Below are positions 37,026 through 50,909 of a stretch of DNA of 64,000 nt, one piece after another. The stretch covers positions 20,584,001-20,648,000 of the forward strand of contig OZ336873.1 in NCBI GenBank assembly GCA_965287045.1, in the 5' to 3' direction. Position numbers and translations under genes: made by a program. The notes beneath the pieces are model-generated. The model was not told the DNA's origin, did no database searches, and was given only the letters and a program-made list of their open reading frames with translations. The DNA is from Carcharhinus amblyrhynchos (lineage: Eukaryota). Position 1 is the first letter of the stretch. Each line of letters opens with the position of its first letter.

Positions 37026-40000
37026 GATGGGTGCATTTTATTATCAACCCAGCTTGTGTTTTCTAGATGCGACCCCAGTTGCAGATGACTGAGATTGAGA
37101 TTTAATGCCTGCAGGGAGATTAGAAATAGCCAATGTAAACAGCCTTGTCAATGTACACCTGCACCCCAAAAATGCATTTTTAAAAGTTAACTTTATTTTG
37201 CCTGAGAAAATAAGATTCCAATTTCCGACTCAGGTATTTACAAAAAGGATTCTACATCCACAAAATTATTAAGAGCAGGACAACGTACGCACTTGAGAAA
37301 AGCTCAGAGAGCTCTTCCAGTTGCTTGGTGCTCTGATGTGGAATTTTACCACATATGCCTGAAAGGTCCTATACCTAAACTCCCTCTGTACTATTTTGCT
37401 TGGTATCTTCCAAGGCTGCAAAAAGGGCACAACAAATTGCTTCACTGTCTTTAGGTTAGGAAGAGGAAGAGAAATCAACCAAAGTTCCTGCTTCTGATTG
37501 TTGATGTAATGAGCTAATTCATGTTGACTTCCATGTGAGAATCGATTTGGATTTCACTGTAATCCATCCCCAACCCCGCCGGTTGCACATACAAGCTTTA
37601 GGCCTGCGTTTTTTGGAGTTTGACTGCTTGCCCAAGAGTAGCAGTTATTTATCAGACCATACCACCAGGATACCAAGGATTGGCCTCTTTGGGGTGGGGC
37701 TTCCCCTCTCGCTCCATTCTCACTCTCTAGATTAGGCCTCATCAGTGATGAATCGTGGGCGTCCGGAGACCAGCTGAACTCATGTCACTGAAAGTGAGCC
37801 ACCATTGTATCAAAGAATACAGTGTGAAAACATAGCAACACAACAACTGGTGAAGGATCTTGAAGGGGAAGAAGTATTCCAGTGCTCAGACCATCTGCTC
37901 GTCTGAAGGCCTCGCAATGAAGATTGCCCTGAATGAATAGCTGTGGAGGGTCTGAATGCAAGAGTAAGTAGCTCCTACAAGGCCCTGTCCCTCCAAGGAA
38001 TGACCTAGTGGTTGCAACCATTGCTTCTTGGAGCCTGTGCTTACCTTCTGCACAGTGGCTCTGGGAAACAATGTTAAGCAGAACAGCAGGAAGCAAATCT
38101 GCTGTGGACATTGTGCCCTCCTCCCCGCAACCCACCCATTCCATGCAGGCCCCTACCCACGTTGTTACAGGCAGTAAAGGAGTGGTCAGAAACTGCCTCG
38201 CTAAGGGATGGAAATTGCTGAAAAGTTGGTGATGCGCCTCATAATGTACACTTTCCTTCTGTGGTCTGACTAGATTTCAGACAATATTTCAGACAAATAA
38301 TTCATCCATTGTGTTCAGGAGAGGTGGGAGAAGAATGGGAAGCAAAAAAAAGGCACTTGTATAAACAAATCAAAAGCTGGATGCAGTGTCATCAATAATG
38401 ACATCCCTATGAATTTCTTTGTAATGTCTCTAAATATAGAGACTGGTGGGATTAACACTAAGCATCCTGCATTCTACAAATGAAATGTAATGAAAGACAA
38501 TCAGAACAGTACCGTTATTTATATAATGGAGTCAGTATTTTTGGACAGGGTTCTTCAAAGCTATCAACTTACCTTTTTTTAATTTAAATGTGGTATGAAA
38601 CTGTGCCTCAAATATAGGCTGTGTATTAAGTTCCAGGCTTACAAAGTTACAAATGTGCTCCCTCAGTGTTAGAATTAGATAAGGGCTAAATCTGGGCAGG
38701 AGAGATTGCGACTGACAATGGGAATGAGAGAATTGATTTGTTCAATAGCATCATTAAGCACTTGGGTCATTAGGAGTATATTTACTTATTTTACAACCTA
38801 ATAGAGATGTTATATCGGAAACTGATAGCATTCAGAGGTTAGGTCAGAGCGCATTAGTTAAGAACGAGTATGCTGGGTAATATGTGTTTTCTCATCCCTT
38901 AATAAAAACAGGACAAAAAAAAGGTAGCCCTTTATTGTATTTTTTTTGGAAATAATAATTCTGAATTATTGGTTCGGAACCTTGTTGTGGTAACTTGTTT
39001 TGTCATTGTTGCTTTCATTCACCAGCAAGGAGGCTGCTGACTTTACAGCTGGGGGGAGAAATGTTTTTACTCATTTGACCTGAGATATCAGATTATGCAG
39101 TCTACATTTTTTTTCATGCAGTTTAGTACATGAGGTAATGTTTCCCAGAACTGGGAAGCTGTAAATAGGAAATGAAAATAATGGTTTCTCAGTTACTATA
39201 GAAAATCTGATAATTGTGTCCAATGCTGCCAAAGCTAAAATTGTCCTTTGATCACTGGGCTGGCTGAGGGTTCAGTGCTCTTAACCAGGTGTCTGTGCTG
39301 TTTTACCCCCTTCTTCCCTAGTATGAATAGATGAAAAAAAATAAAGGCTGGATTTCATTACAATTTTGATTCTTTTATTTTCCGCTCAGCAGCTGGGCAA
39401 ATCGGATGCCCCCGGGGTAGGCAAATCTACAGCAGGGGGCCAGCCGAAGATTGGTGGTCTCTGGCAGTCAAGAAAGCAGGAGAGGCCAAGGCTGGGGTTG
39501 GTGGGCAGGGAGGTTGGCCATCGTGAGATAATGGAGAGAGGCTGTGATTGACTGAGAGGAGCCCCAGTGTTTCCTTTAGGGGCCATGGGTGTTGGGTGGG
39601 GAAGGGGAGAGAGTACAGAGTGCCATTCCCGCTACTTCTCTTCCTGGCCCAGAAGGAATGCTGCGGGAAAAAGAAGCTTGAGCCAGCAGCTGCCACCTTT
39701 CTTTTGCTACTGGGTTTTCTAAGCCTGAGCCCTGGGAAGCCTGCATGGCAAATATTTTTATTGGGGATGGCAGTTGCTGTGAATGTTGGCATTGTGGTGC
39801 AATTGAATAGATGCTTTAAGTTGGTAATTAAGCACAGGTTTCTCCAAGTGGGTAAAGATTAGGGGATAATTGCAAGCATATATAATCCAGTTCACTCTGG
39901 ATGTTTGTGAGGAACTAGGAGAATCTGTGAATTTTCGTTAGTCTTGGAATTGAACCTGTTTGTAAGGTGCAGGCCAGCTTCAGACACATTCTTCCGCAAC

Positions 40001-40324
40001 ATAAAGTTATTGGAATTAACAATTGTGGCATTTAAATTAGGCTCTCAATTGCACTGTAGGGACCTGATTTAAATATATTATGGATGGGCACTGTCACAGC
40101 ACAAAACAGTAAAAATGGCAATGGGTTACAGGGTGCCTGGTTGGGAAGGCATTCTGCATCTTAAAACTTTTAACTGAACCTTTCCTGGTCATCATGGCAG
40201 GCTTAATATTGAGCCAGTAATATTGACTTTGCAGTTTTAACACCACAGAAGATGATTACACAAGGTGTTTTACCAGATATTGTATTTTGGTTCTTGTCAT
40301 GTAAGATTCACTATGGACACCCAA

Positions 40325-40440
40325 GGACAAATTTTACTGTCTCACCCACCACAGGAATTGGAACGGGTGGAGGGGCGCACCATGAAAGGTCTGTTGATCT
40401 CGGGCGGGATTTTCTGGTTTCAGGGCGAGTGAAACCAGTA
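40325..40440. mobile_element. MITE fragment, reverse orientation of the 7462 family
   Basis: Contains ttgatctcgggcgggattttctggtttc, the reverse complement of the 7490-7515 motif. Confidence 0.6.
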
Positions 40441-40796
40441 ACTACAATGCCTTACCCTCAAGTAATCATTGTGTAACTTTGAACCTTGGAGGTGAATGTT
40501 AACAGCTTTATTGATAGTGGGCACACTGAGGCCAAACCCCTCTTTAGCAGGATTGTTGCAACTCAGGCAGAGGCTTTCGAATTACAGAGCAGGATTCAGG
40601 ACTGCAATCTATGATTCAAGAACTCAAATGACCAAATCTGCTGGACCATTGAGGGAACCTAAACAATTGATTGTAGTTTAAAAAGCATTAAAACATCTTG
40701 TTTACTTTGCGTCACTTGTATTGCAATGATTACAGGGCTCCAGAGGTAAGTTAATATCAGGACTTTGCTAAAAACAGCAACCATGGTGATGTCCAC

Positions 40797-41100
40797 TTAA
40801 GTTTATTTATTCGTGTTATGAGTAGACTTACATGAACACTTCAATGAAGTTACTGCGAAAACCCCTAGTCGCCACACTCCAGCACCAATTTGAGTACACT
40901 AAGGGAGAATTTACCATGGCCAATGCACCTAACCAGCATGTCTTTTGGACTTTAGGAAGAAACTGCAGCACCTGGAGGAGACACACATGCACAACACAGG
41001 GAGAATGTTCAGACTTCTCACAGACAGTGACCCAAGCCAGGAATTGAACACAGATCCTGGCACTGTAAGGTAGCAGTGCTAACCACTGTGCCACCACTGC
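40797..41100 (-). mobile_element. HE1-type V-SINE, tail B
   Basis: Head, V-domain and tail B. Confidence 0.9.
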
Positions 41101-41408
41101 CATCCATATTGCCTAAGTATCCCTTAGAAGATACTACTTGAAAGATGGCAGGTGAAATGTCACCTCACCTGTTTTTTGAAGTAGCGAGGGGGCTGAGAAG
41201 AACTGAGCGGGGAAACGACCAACAGCCCTCTCACTTCTAAGGACACTTCAAGTTACGAAATGAATGTAAGGACAACACTGCTGACTACTCGTGTATGTCT
41301 GCTTCATAGCTAAAGTTCTAATGTCATCAGTGATCTCTGAAACATCTTGCGGAATTCCTCCTCAGATCAGAGGCTATTGAGAAAGTGGGGTTCGAGGGGA
41401 AGTTGTAG

Positions 41409-41689
41409 TCATGGAATCGTAGAATTCTTAAAGTGCAGAAAGAGGCCATTTGGCCCATTGAGTTTTCACCTACGACTACTCACCAGACCCTATCCATGTA
41501 ACCCCATCTATTTACTCTGTTAGTCACCCTGACCCTAAGGAGCAATTTAGCCTGGCCAATCAACCTAACCCACACATCTTTAGAGTGTGGAAGGAAACTG
41601 GAGCACCCGGAAGAAACCCACGCAAATGTGGGGAGAAAGTGCAAACTCCACACAGACAGTAACCCGAGGCTGGAATCGAACCCGGGTCC
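41409..41689 (-). mobile_element. HE1-type V-SINE, tail A, head truncated
   Basis: Tail and V-domain through the B-box. Confidence 0.9.
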
Positions 41690-43008
41690 ACTTGCAAGTG
41701 AACAATCACCAAGTCGCCTATGGACTGATATGAATAAACCTCCTGGCTTTCATTGCCCTCAGTGCTTTGATAGGAAACACCTTCTACTTTTGAACCCAGG
41801 AGGCATGTTTACACCAGATTCAACCCAATCGTGTTTTGGTTCCAAGCAGCCGGTTCACAAGGTCTCAAAAGTTATCGAACCTCAAATGTCCATCCATTTC
41901 AGGAGTGAAATTTGTTTGAATGGCTGCGTTCCTGGAATTAAAAAACAACTGTAACTCCTGTTACTTGATTTACATCCAGCCAAGCAATTCTCAGCAATAT
42001 CAAACATCCAGAGTTAATCTTGAGGCCCGAACTAGTGGGAGGGTAACAGAGGTTCTGTTGGTGACTCTTGATGTTTGTTGGAAGCCACACACTAGTCACA
42101 AATATCTGAAACAATGGTTTTGGTGTGAATGGATTGTTTTACATCTCGAGCATTTTGAAAGAATGTTTCCAGTTCACTCGTTCTTTTTTATCTATTCCAT
42201 GTTACATGGATAACACACAGTACTCAGAAATGAGTCTACCAGGTATCTCCGCACCTCCCCCCCACCCCCATTCTGTCAGGAACGTTGCGGACATCACTGT
42301 TTTGTTCAGTAGTTGTGCTCCTCATTCAAATAAGCAGCACCTTGAAAGATGGAGGATTTAAACATTGTTTTATGATGATGAATGGGCCCAGTGCTTTCCG
42401 TTGAATGAAGTTTGTAGTTTAATTTACAGGTTTGAACAGCGTGGAGGGTCCTGCAATCCTCAGCTGGATTTCTGACATTTTCTTTCAGAGAGATTAATCG
42501 CCCTCGATGACGATGCTGAAAGTTGCCCAACCCCGAGTGACATCGAGAATTCTGGACTGGGTCACAATATAACAGTTCAAGCATGGACCCCTCCAGTCAC
42601 ACTAGGCCCAGTGATTTATCATGCAGCACTTTGTGATTGATAACGCGCTATCCAAAGAAATATTTTGAAGATGTTATTTTGTTATTCGATTGATAAATGG
42701 AGTTCTTCTTAGGATCATCTTTTGCAAGGCAACCCTCTTCTTTCTTGGAATCCAAATGTGTTACCTTGATGTGAACATTTTATCATCTAGACATCTCCAT
42801 TGGTATAATGGAGCTCATTTGATATAGAGTTTATACAAACAAAGAATTCCCCGAAGAGAAATATTCTTATTGGAGTATTACTTTGGACCATTCTGAAAGC
42901 CTTTCACTTGTACCTCTGAACCTTTTTAAGTATTGGAGCTTCACATTAGGATTTCTTTCAAAAGAGGTCGGCTCAATTCTAGTTCAGAATTCTGATGAAG
43001 TGAATGAA

Positions 43009-43483
43009 CCAAGGTGGGCAATCTAGGCTAATGATGGCCTGCATAAATGGCCCTCCTTTGTCTCAGCAGGCCACAAGGTAGATATCAGTCTCGTTCATTA
43101 ACCATGACGCCATGAATAAGGTGGAGTGCATTTAATACATGCCGAATATTTCATCATGAGTTATGGAAAGTGCTCAATCATTTATATATTAATACAACTA
43201 TCATCAACTTTAAATGGAAAAAAGACAAAAGAAGTATTTATGCTTTGGACATGTGGCTCTCACAGTCAATGTTGTGTGGTGGCAGTATGGACTCCACTCC
43301 ACTTGCCCTTGCTTTACGTGCATATCTGTCAGTCAAAGCTGTAGGAGAAACACATACTGGATGGAAGTCAGTAGAATGTGGCAACACTGCGCCAGGGCAG
43401 TGATCAACAAGATGTCTCGTGGGCCGCACACAGAACCCAGATGGGTTGGATGTGGCCCCCAGGCCACAGGTTGCCCGCCACTG
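43009..43483. mobile_element. Non-autonomous hAT (Charlie-like) DNA transposon
   Basis: Imperfect TIRs ccaaggtgggcaatct ... aggttgcccgccactg, with subterminal gggccgca/tgtggccc motifs. The 8-bp TSD is not preserved. Confidence 0.65.
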
Positions 43484-43619
43484 AACTAAATTCTCTGTCA
43501 AACACAACATAAAGGAGTAAACATAAAGAAGTGTGAACGGAATGTCATTTACCTGCATAGTGCCAGAATCAGATTCAAGCCCTAAGTGTGTATTTTTGAA
43601 TAATATGGATATCTTCAGA

Positions 43620-44280
43620 GGTCTGAAAGATGAACTCATAAAGAACACGATCTTCCCGAAACATGGTGGGAAACCCAGTGTGATCAGTGTGGTCTGATCC
43701 ACAATTGTCTCACACTTAGTCATTTTTTGCAGAGTAGTGAGTTGCGCGTCTGTTCTGTGAGGGGCAGAGCCTAAACATGCAAAGCAAATGGGCACCGTTT
43801 TGCAAGGCCCCCATGGACATCGGGACACTCCCTTCATCAGCAGCATGTTTCCTCATCCCACCCCTGACACGGATCCCCGGCAACAGGGCAATGGGATCAT
43901 CCCGATGAGTCCCCTTCATCAACCCGATATCCAGCGCCCCACCCCCCCGCCCCCCATCGTCCATGACCCCCTGCTGCGATCCTCCCTTTCATGAGTCCCC
44001 CTTTCACAATCCTCCCTGCATGGCCGCTCCACCCCCCCCCTACCTTGGCACTGCCCTGGCACTGCCAGGGTGCCAGGTGGGCACTGCCCAGCCATGTTTC
44101 TGAAAACCCAGGGGCTTCAGGGACTTCAAGGACTCTAAATATGCTAATAGGCTTCATGCCCTTTCTGCACACAACCTGGATTGCACGTACAGAAAGGGAC
44201 CGGGACGATTGCAGTGTTTGGCACCAGCCGCAAAATCCAATATTAGGCCTGCACGCAACTTTCCAGGATTGGTGCAATCT
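43620..44280. mobile_element. Larger GC-rich non-autonomous DNA element
   Basis: ggcactgcc motifs shared with 20170-20925 and 55040-55686; boundaries approximate. Confidence 0.5.
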
Positions 44281-44928
44281 GCGTCAAGCAAGCTGAAGAT
44301 GGAAAATCACCACAACAGTTTAGAAATCTGTTCATTAATCTCACCACCCCTTTTAGGGGAGGCCCGAAATGAGAATTTTTTTCCAATTTATGGAAGTTAA
44401 AAGGAAATGTGATCACGGAACGCCACAAGGACCAAATGAGTTTATCCTGTTAAGTAAGTGAGTCACACAAACGTGGAGGGTCTCTGCTTTGCCCTGAATT
44501 AGCTTATCTCAGTTGGGCTGGCACTAAGGCCAGTGCTATTAGCTTCAGTGCTCCAGGACTAGCGAGGGAGAAATCAAACAAGTCTACTCACCTGAAAGTT
44601 GCTCAGTGACGTTTGTAGCAATTACGTAGCGACAGTAATGGTTATAGCTGAGGATTGAGATTCTCTGGGATGCAGACGCCAGCCCCTTTGTAAAACCATA
44701 ACCCAACAAGAGGTCCCTGTGATAGACTTGCAACTTGCTGTCTGACTGTGAAGCTGGCTGCGTCAGTCAGGTGATGGAACCGGAAACAAGCCTATTTCTA
44801 TAAGGGGTGGCTGATCCGTAAACACATTTTACACCTGGGCGACAAGGTGAAAACCTACTGGAACATCTTCTGAAGGAATGTTGGGGTGCGGTGGGGGGTG
44901 GGAACCTAGTGAGAAAAGGAAAGCTAAA

Positions 44929-45224
44929 GGCGGCGCGGTGGCACAGTGGTTAGCACTGCTGCCTCACAGCGGCAGGGACCTGTGTTCAATTCCCGGCTTG
45001 GGTCACTGTCTGTGCAGAATCCATCCATTCTCCTCGTGTCTCCTTGGGTTTCTTCCAGGCACTCCCATTTGCTCCCACAGTCCAAAGATGTGCATTGGCC
45101 ATGCTAAATTCTCCCTCAGTGTACCTGAACAGGTGCTGGAGTGTGGCGACTAGGGGATTTTCGCAATAACTTCATTGCAGTTGCTAATGTAAGCCTACTT
45201 ATGACACCAATAAATAAACTTAAA
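44929..45224 (+). mobile_element. HE1-type V-SINE, tail B
   Basis: ggcggcgcggtggcacagtggttagcactgctgcctcacagc head; tail B ending ccaataaataaact. Confidence 0.92.
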
Positions 45225-47187
45225 AGAAAATTTCTCTGCTCGGAATATTAAACAATATTTCCTTCTCAGAGAGGAGACCTGAGCTATCTACAGAAATTGT
45301 GCAGGGATCAGGGGGTGTTGTGGGGGTATTTTAAAGGAAACAGGTCATGCAGACTAACGTGCCTGTGCTACATTGCAGAGGAGCCCATGCACAGAAGCTC
45401 AGAAGACAGTTCACATTCCTGCAGGCGCAGTGCTGTTTGAAAAACACACTTGCTATATTTATATTTATGGGTGTTATGAGCAACTGCTCTATAATTACGC
45501 AGAAGAAAATTACAGCAGAAACATTTTCTTCTAACCCGGAAGAATTGCTGGTGAACTGCGGAGACTACAGGGAGCTATTGTTATGATGAACACGGGGCTA
45601 ATGTTTTATTGAAGGTATTTACTCAAGAGGTCCACACACAGGAAATCAGCATTTCTGCTGTGAAATATTTCCAGATGTGTCCCTGATACACTCACTTTAC
45701 TTTCAGGAGTGCATTATTATATACTGTGAGTAGCATTTTATTGAACACATTTACTCAAGGTGATCTATTAGTCATTTGATTAACTGCCTGTTCACATAGA
45801 CTGTACAGCAGTACATTCTGTGCCCAGGCACTGGCTTACTTTTATTAATTGGAAAATCTCAAGGTGAGCTGTTGCAATTTGTGTAGCAATGGTGTGTATA
45901 ATATTGACTGAATTTAGTTAATATAACAAGAGTATGTATAGCCAATATGGATATTGTGGAAACCACTATTTTTTTTTAGCAACACCATCCTTGTTTTCTG
46001 ATCTCATGTTCACTTGGCTTCATAGTAAAGGCTGTCAGAAGTCCTTCACCTTGGGCCTTGAAGCCATCAAAGAGATCCATTTTCCCAAATCTTCTCGTCC
46101 TCCATCCCCCTGCTCTCCCCCCACCGCCCCGCGCCACCACCCTATGCACACCCACCCCTGCCTTCTACCACTTAACACACACACACAGACACGCACAGAT
46201 GTTTGGCTTGCATTTAAAGCTCGTTCTCCTGGACTTGCAGTCCAAGAATGTCTTCCACAGTCAATTCCTTTAAGTCTCTCAGCCTCAGCTATGCTTCATT
46301 GCTGCACCGTGGAGGCTTAATTGATCCGTGCTCTTTTCCTTTGTTGATGAGAATTATATCAGCTTGGTTTAACAGTCTCATTTTCTACTCCCAATGCACA
46401 GTTGTTTAATGTGTTCCAAGTAATGAAGCAGCAGTTAGGAAGTTTGGGACATACACACAGCCTGCTGTGCTACAAGCTCAGCCTCCACTGGCACCTTTGG
46501 CAGCAGTTGCTGTATTTAACATTAACTGGGGTACTGTAAACACTGCATAAAACCAGTAAGTAATAATAAATAAGGTCTGGTCTGATCCATTTGGAGCGCT
46601 GAATGGGTGAGAAAGTGGGATAGGGTGGAAGGAAATTTTGTTTCGACAAATCCCCGTCTTTGTTTCTTGCTTTTGTTTCCTCTCCTCAACAGGTACAGTT
46701 CCATGAGAGCTAGCCATTCTCCGAAAACTTGCAATGTTCTTCCATTTGGAAGGTAGTGACACATTGGGGGTTGCGTCACGACAATGGGACCTGATTTGTC
46801 ATTGGCTGACATTCACAAACCATGCATTTTCCAGCATGAGTCGCTGGATAGATATATTGTGGCCCCACCCCCCACATACACATCATCTTCGTTATTCTCA
46901 TGGTGCTATGGGCAACTTTACTATTGCATTGTTACATTAGCCTCGAGCTCAACTAATTCAGCCTGTAGTTCAAGGAAGTTTGATATCGAGTAGTTAATAG
47001 ATTTTCTATACTTTTGCGCAGGATCCAGTGGTTTAATAACACAAATTAACCTGAATTTTCTGTAGCAAGGCAGCTAATTGCATCCATCATTAGTTGGAAA
47101 TGTCCTTACATATCTAAGTTTTGCATGATAAGTTAGTGAAAGTATGAACTAGTGATTGCAAACAAGGAAAATATGGTATCTAGATTC

Positions 47188-47490
47188 TTAAAGTTTATGT
47201 TTATTATTAGTGTCATAAATAGGCTTACATTAATGCTGCAATGAAGTTATTGTGAAAATCCCCTTGTTGCCACATTCTGGCACCTGTTCGGGTACACTGA
47301 GGGGGAATTTAGCATGGCCAATGCACCTAATCAGCATATCTTTCAGACTGTGGAAGGAAACTGGACCACCTAGAGGAAACCCACACAGACACGGGGAGAA
47401 TGTGCAAACTCTACACAGACAGTGACCCAAACTGGGAATTGAATCCGGGTGCCTGACGCTGTGAGGCAGCAGCACTAACCACTGTGCTAC
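47188..47490 (-). mobile_element. HE1-type V-SINE, tail B
   Basis: Head, V-domain and tail B. Confidence 0.9.
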
Positions 47491-47566
47491 TGGTTCTGAA
47501 TGAACAGGAACAGTGATTTGTGTGTCTCCTTAGCTAATCAAATTAAAGGATTGGGGAAAAACATCA

Positions 47567-47756
47567 GGGCCAGAATTCCCCGGCCATTCAGGCTGGCAGG
47601 ATTGTCCGGTCCCACTGGCAGTGTATCCCCAGCCGTGGGTTTCCCACCAGCATGGGATAAGGTCAGTTGGAATTCCCATTGACATCGGGGGGACCAGAGA
47701 ATCCCGTTGCTGGAAGCACGGGAAGCGCACAGGTGGGAGGCTGGAGAATCAGGCAG
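47567..47756. mobile_element. MITE, PIF/Harbinger-like
   Basis: gggccagaattcc ... ggagaatcaggc; related to 57283-57505. Confidence 0.6.
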
Positions 47757-49141
47757 CAGATCATAACTGAGAAGGAATTAGAATGGGTGAATTCAGTGTT
47801 GAATCAGGAAAGAGGCATCAAAAGAGGCAGAAAGAAGAAGTAATGTTGTTTTGGAAAAGAATGAAAATTTGACATTTACAAAATCTTGATCAATTAGAAC
47901 TCGAAGGAATAAGAGTTCACCTTTTGCAACACTGAGTTTAATTGGCAGTAATTAATTTAGCAAGCCATTAAAAGGGGACTCGTACTTGAAGTGACAAGAC
48001 TTCACTTTCTGTGGCAAGTTTTATTTATATCGTTTGTACTTCTACCACTTCAGCTTGCTCAGTGGAACCATGAGGCCTTCCACCAGCTGCTGCTTTTGTG
48101 AAGCTATCTCGGAGAACAACTATTTGGATATTTGTGTTGAACTTTGCGTCTGCTCTTCGCCTGAATTGGCCGCAACTGTTGCACTGTCCACTCATTGCCC
48201 ACTTTGGCCAGAAATTCAGGGCGAAACGTAAAAGGGCATTTCCCTATTCTTGTGGCCAGACTGACAGCAGTGACATTGGCAAACAGGCTGGACACGTTTG
48301 TGTGCTTGTCTGTCTGTCCTAACAGAGTGTGAGGTAAACTTACAAATAGGGCAACTGGGAGATTGTGATAATACCATAACCCTACAGCAAAAATCTGATC
48401 CAGCAGCGCATTTTGTAGACGTGATATTAGAAATTAATAAAGGCGCTGGCAACATAGGTATCTAATTCACTGGAAAATTTTGCTGCAATAATTGCCCTAT
48501 TAGGATGAAGTTATTGAAATGATTGTTTTTCTGTTTAAGTTGCCGCAAGTTCCTTCCAATAAATGTCTGGTTTAAGATTTTCCATGTGATTTTTACAGTA
48601 TCTACTCTTGGCTCCCTGCTGTAGTCTGTAATTCTGGCTGAAAATTTGCAGTTCTATGGTACAGTTGGGAGTCTCGGTGATGTTGCAAAACTCAGCAAAC
48701 AGCACCTCTGGCTTACAGTTGCTGGCATCTTGCAGTCCCAGGGCTGTGATTCCAGAATTGCTCGTATTAATCCAGTACCAGTTTACATCTAGCAGAGTGT
48801 TTTGTGTCCATGGCTACGTTACAATATCAGCAAGCTAATTTGTTTTCTGACAGTCTGTTGTGAAACTAACTGCAATGCTGAAAGTTTGGAGCATTTGACT
48901 TCAATACACTTTAGAACCAACATCATATGATGGTAATTCCTCTGTCCAAAGCACCAATTTCAACCACAGAAAGAACGTGTCATGCCAACACATCAAATTT
49001 GTGACAGTGATTAGAAATAAACTGCTCTGTGGCCAAACAAAAGACAGCTGATAGCTAAAAAGAATTTTAAACATTCAGGTACATTGTAAACTGGAAACCT
49101 CCCTCTTTCAAAGATATACTTTAAAACTTAGTGCGTTGGCT

Positions 49142-49445
49142 GGTCGCATAGTGGCACAATGGTTAGCACTGCCATCTCACAGCACCAGGGACCTGGGTTC
49201 AGTTCTCAGCTTGGGTCACTGTCTGTGTGGAGTCTGCACATTCTCCCCGTGTCTGCATGGGTTTCCTCCTACAGTCCAAAGATGTGCAGGTTAAGTGGAT
49301 TGGCCTTGCTAAAGTTGCCCCTTAGTGTCAGGGGGACTAGCTAGACTAAATGCATGGGGTTATGGGGATAGGGCCTGGGTGGGATTGTGGTTGGTGCAGA
49401 CTCGATGGGCTGAATGGCCTCCTTCTGCACTGTCAGATTATATGA
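49142..49445 (+). mobile_element. HE1-type V-SINE, tail A
   Basis: Head, V-domain with a short deletion, and tail gatgggctgaatggcctccttctgcactgt. Confidence 0.9.
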
Positions 49446-50909
49446 CCGAATTTTTGGTCACCTGCCGCAACCTTTCCTTTCCAGTTCGCTGTCAGTTTTT
49501 GCTTCATCATGCTTCCTGAAGTGCCTGGGGATGATTGGCTACTGTTGGTGGGCTCTATAAATGCAAGCTGGTGTTGCTGAAGTTACCATGTCAACTCCCT
49601 TGATTGGTCATTGCCCCAGGTTTACTGGCAATGTGTGAACAGCTCACAACAGATCCAGCCCATCAATTCTTCTGATATCGGCCACTGTTATTGTAATATC
49701 TTTGATGACACACATATTTGCAAATACGGACTAACCAGCAGCAGGGTGAAACCATCAGTTTTTGCAATGGGAAGCCAATGGAAATACATACTTTTCAGTT
49801 GCTTCCTTAACGTGTGAAATGTTTCGTCCCTAGAGGGTGGAATGTGGGAGAGAAAATTTTAAAAGTTGATGAAGCATTTCTGAGGCAGCTCGCTATGCTG
49901 GGAATGTACCTTTTGCTTCTGTGCTTTTCTGTTTGTTTCCTAACGAGTAAAAAAAAAACTCATTGAAGCACCTCTGTTCCATCAATGAGCTCTCATAACG
50001 GGCTGCCCTTTAATTATTTCACAATAACGGAAGCGGTTCAAAGTGATCTAACTGTTGATCGTTGCAGTGCGCAAGTTGGAGAGATGCATGGCTCCACCTG
50101 TTGTGGCCTGGCTCCTAATTGTAATGGCTCAAACATGTTGATGCAAATTATGTTGTGTGGTATTTCCTTTGATTTCAACATGTCTTGGTTTGTAAATACA
50201 TGAGTCACTCAAAAGGTTTGTGGTTATTGTACATGCAGTGAAGCCCTGGGGCTCTTGGTCGAGTTCCTATGTCATTACGTGTTCATCCAAATAACCATGC
50301 CTGGCAACAATTGTTGGGTTGAGGATAAGTAACTTTATTTGTTTTTGGGTTATTTTAATGCGTGCCTACAGGTGCTTTCTGCATATATTTCTTTTAGCAT
50401 ATTTTGATCTATTAATCATGTCCAGCTCTAGGGCAAATATGTTTAGGACAACACTTAGCATGCTAGTCTTTCCTTTTTAAACATTGTATTTCAGAGTGTT
50501 GCTACTTAGTCCAATTAACTTTCTAGTTTTTTAAGTAAAGAAAATATTTGTCTTCTGCCATAACAAACCTTTGTTTTTATTTCTGTTTCTCTTCAACACG
50601 TTTCAGAAAGAAGTTGAGCTGTGTATTGATAGGAAATTCCTTTTAACATGGTATTAACTTATTACGTTTTAAACACTCTCGTGCTTCCCCTGAAATAGTA
50701 GCTAGGTGTCCACGCCATTATTGCTCAGCCGCTATCATTGAAAGGGTTAAAAATTCTCCAAAGGTTTTGAAACTTTAATATTCTTCTAAAATGTGACCAA
50801 GTACTCATGGGGAGAATCTCTACTGAGGCACCGGAGATCATCATGGAGCTGTATCTGGTCTTGAAGCTCTCCCAAGGGCACAGTTGTTTAACACAAGTGA
50901 ACTGCAGAA

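Noticed and set aside
43238-43846. 202-aa minus ORF
   Set aside because: It spans two unrelated repeats and unique DNA, so it is a chance frame.
48300-48340. 8-nt micro-exon (ctaacag|agtgtgag|gtaaac)
   Set aside because: Weak donor, poor pyrimidine tract and frameshifting; no support from sequence alone.
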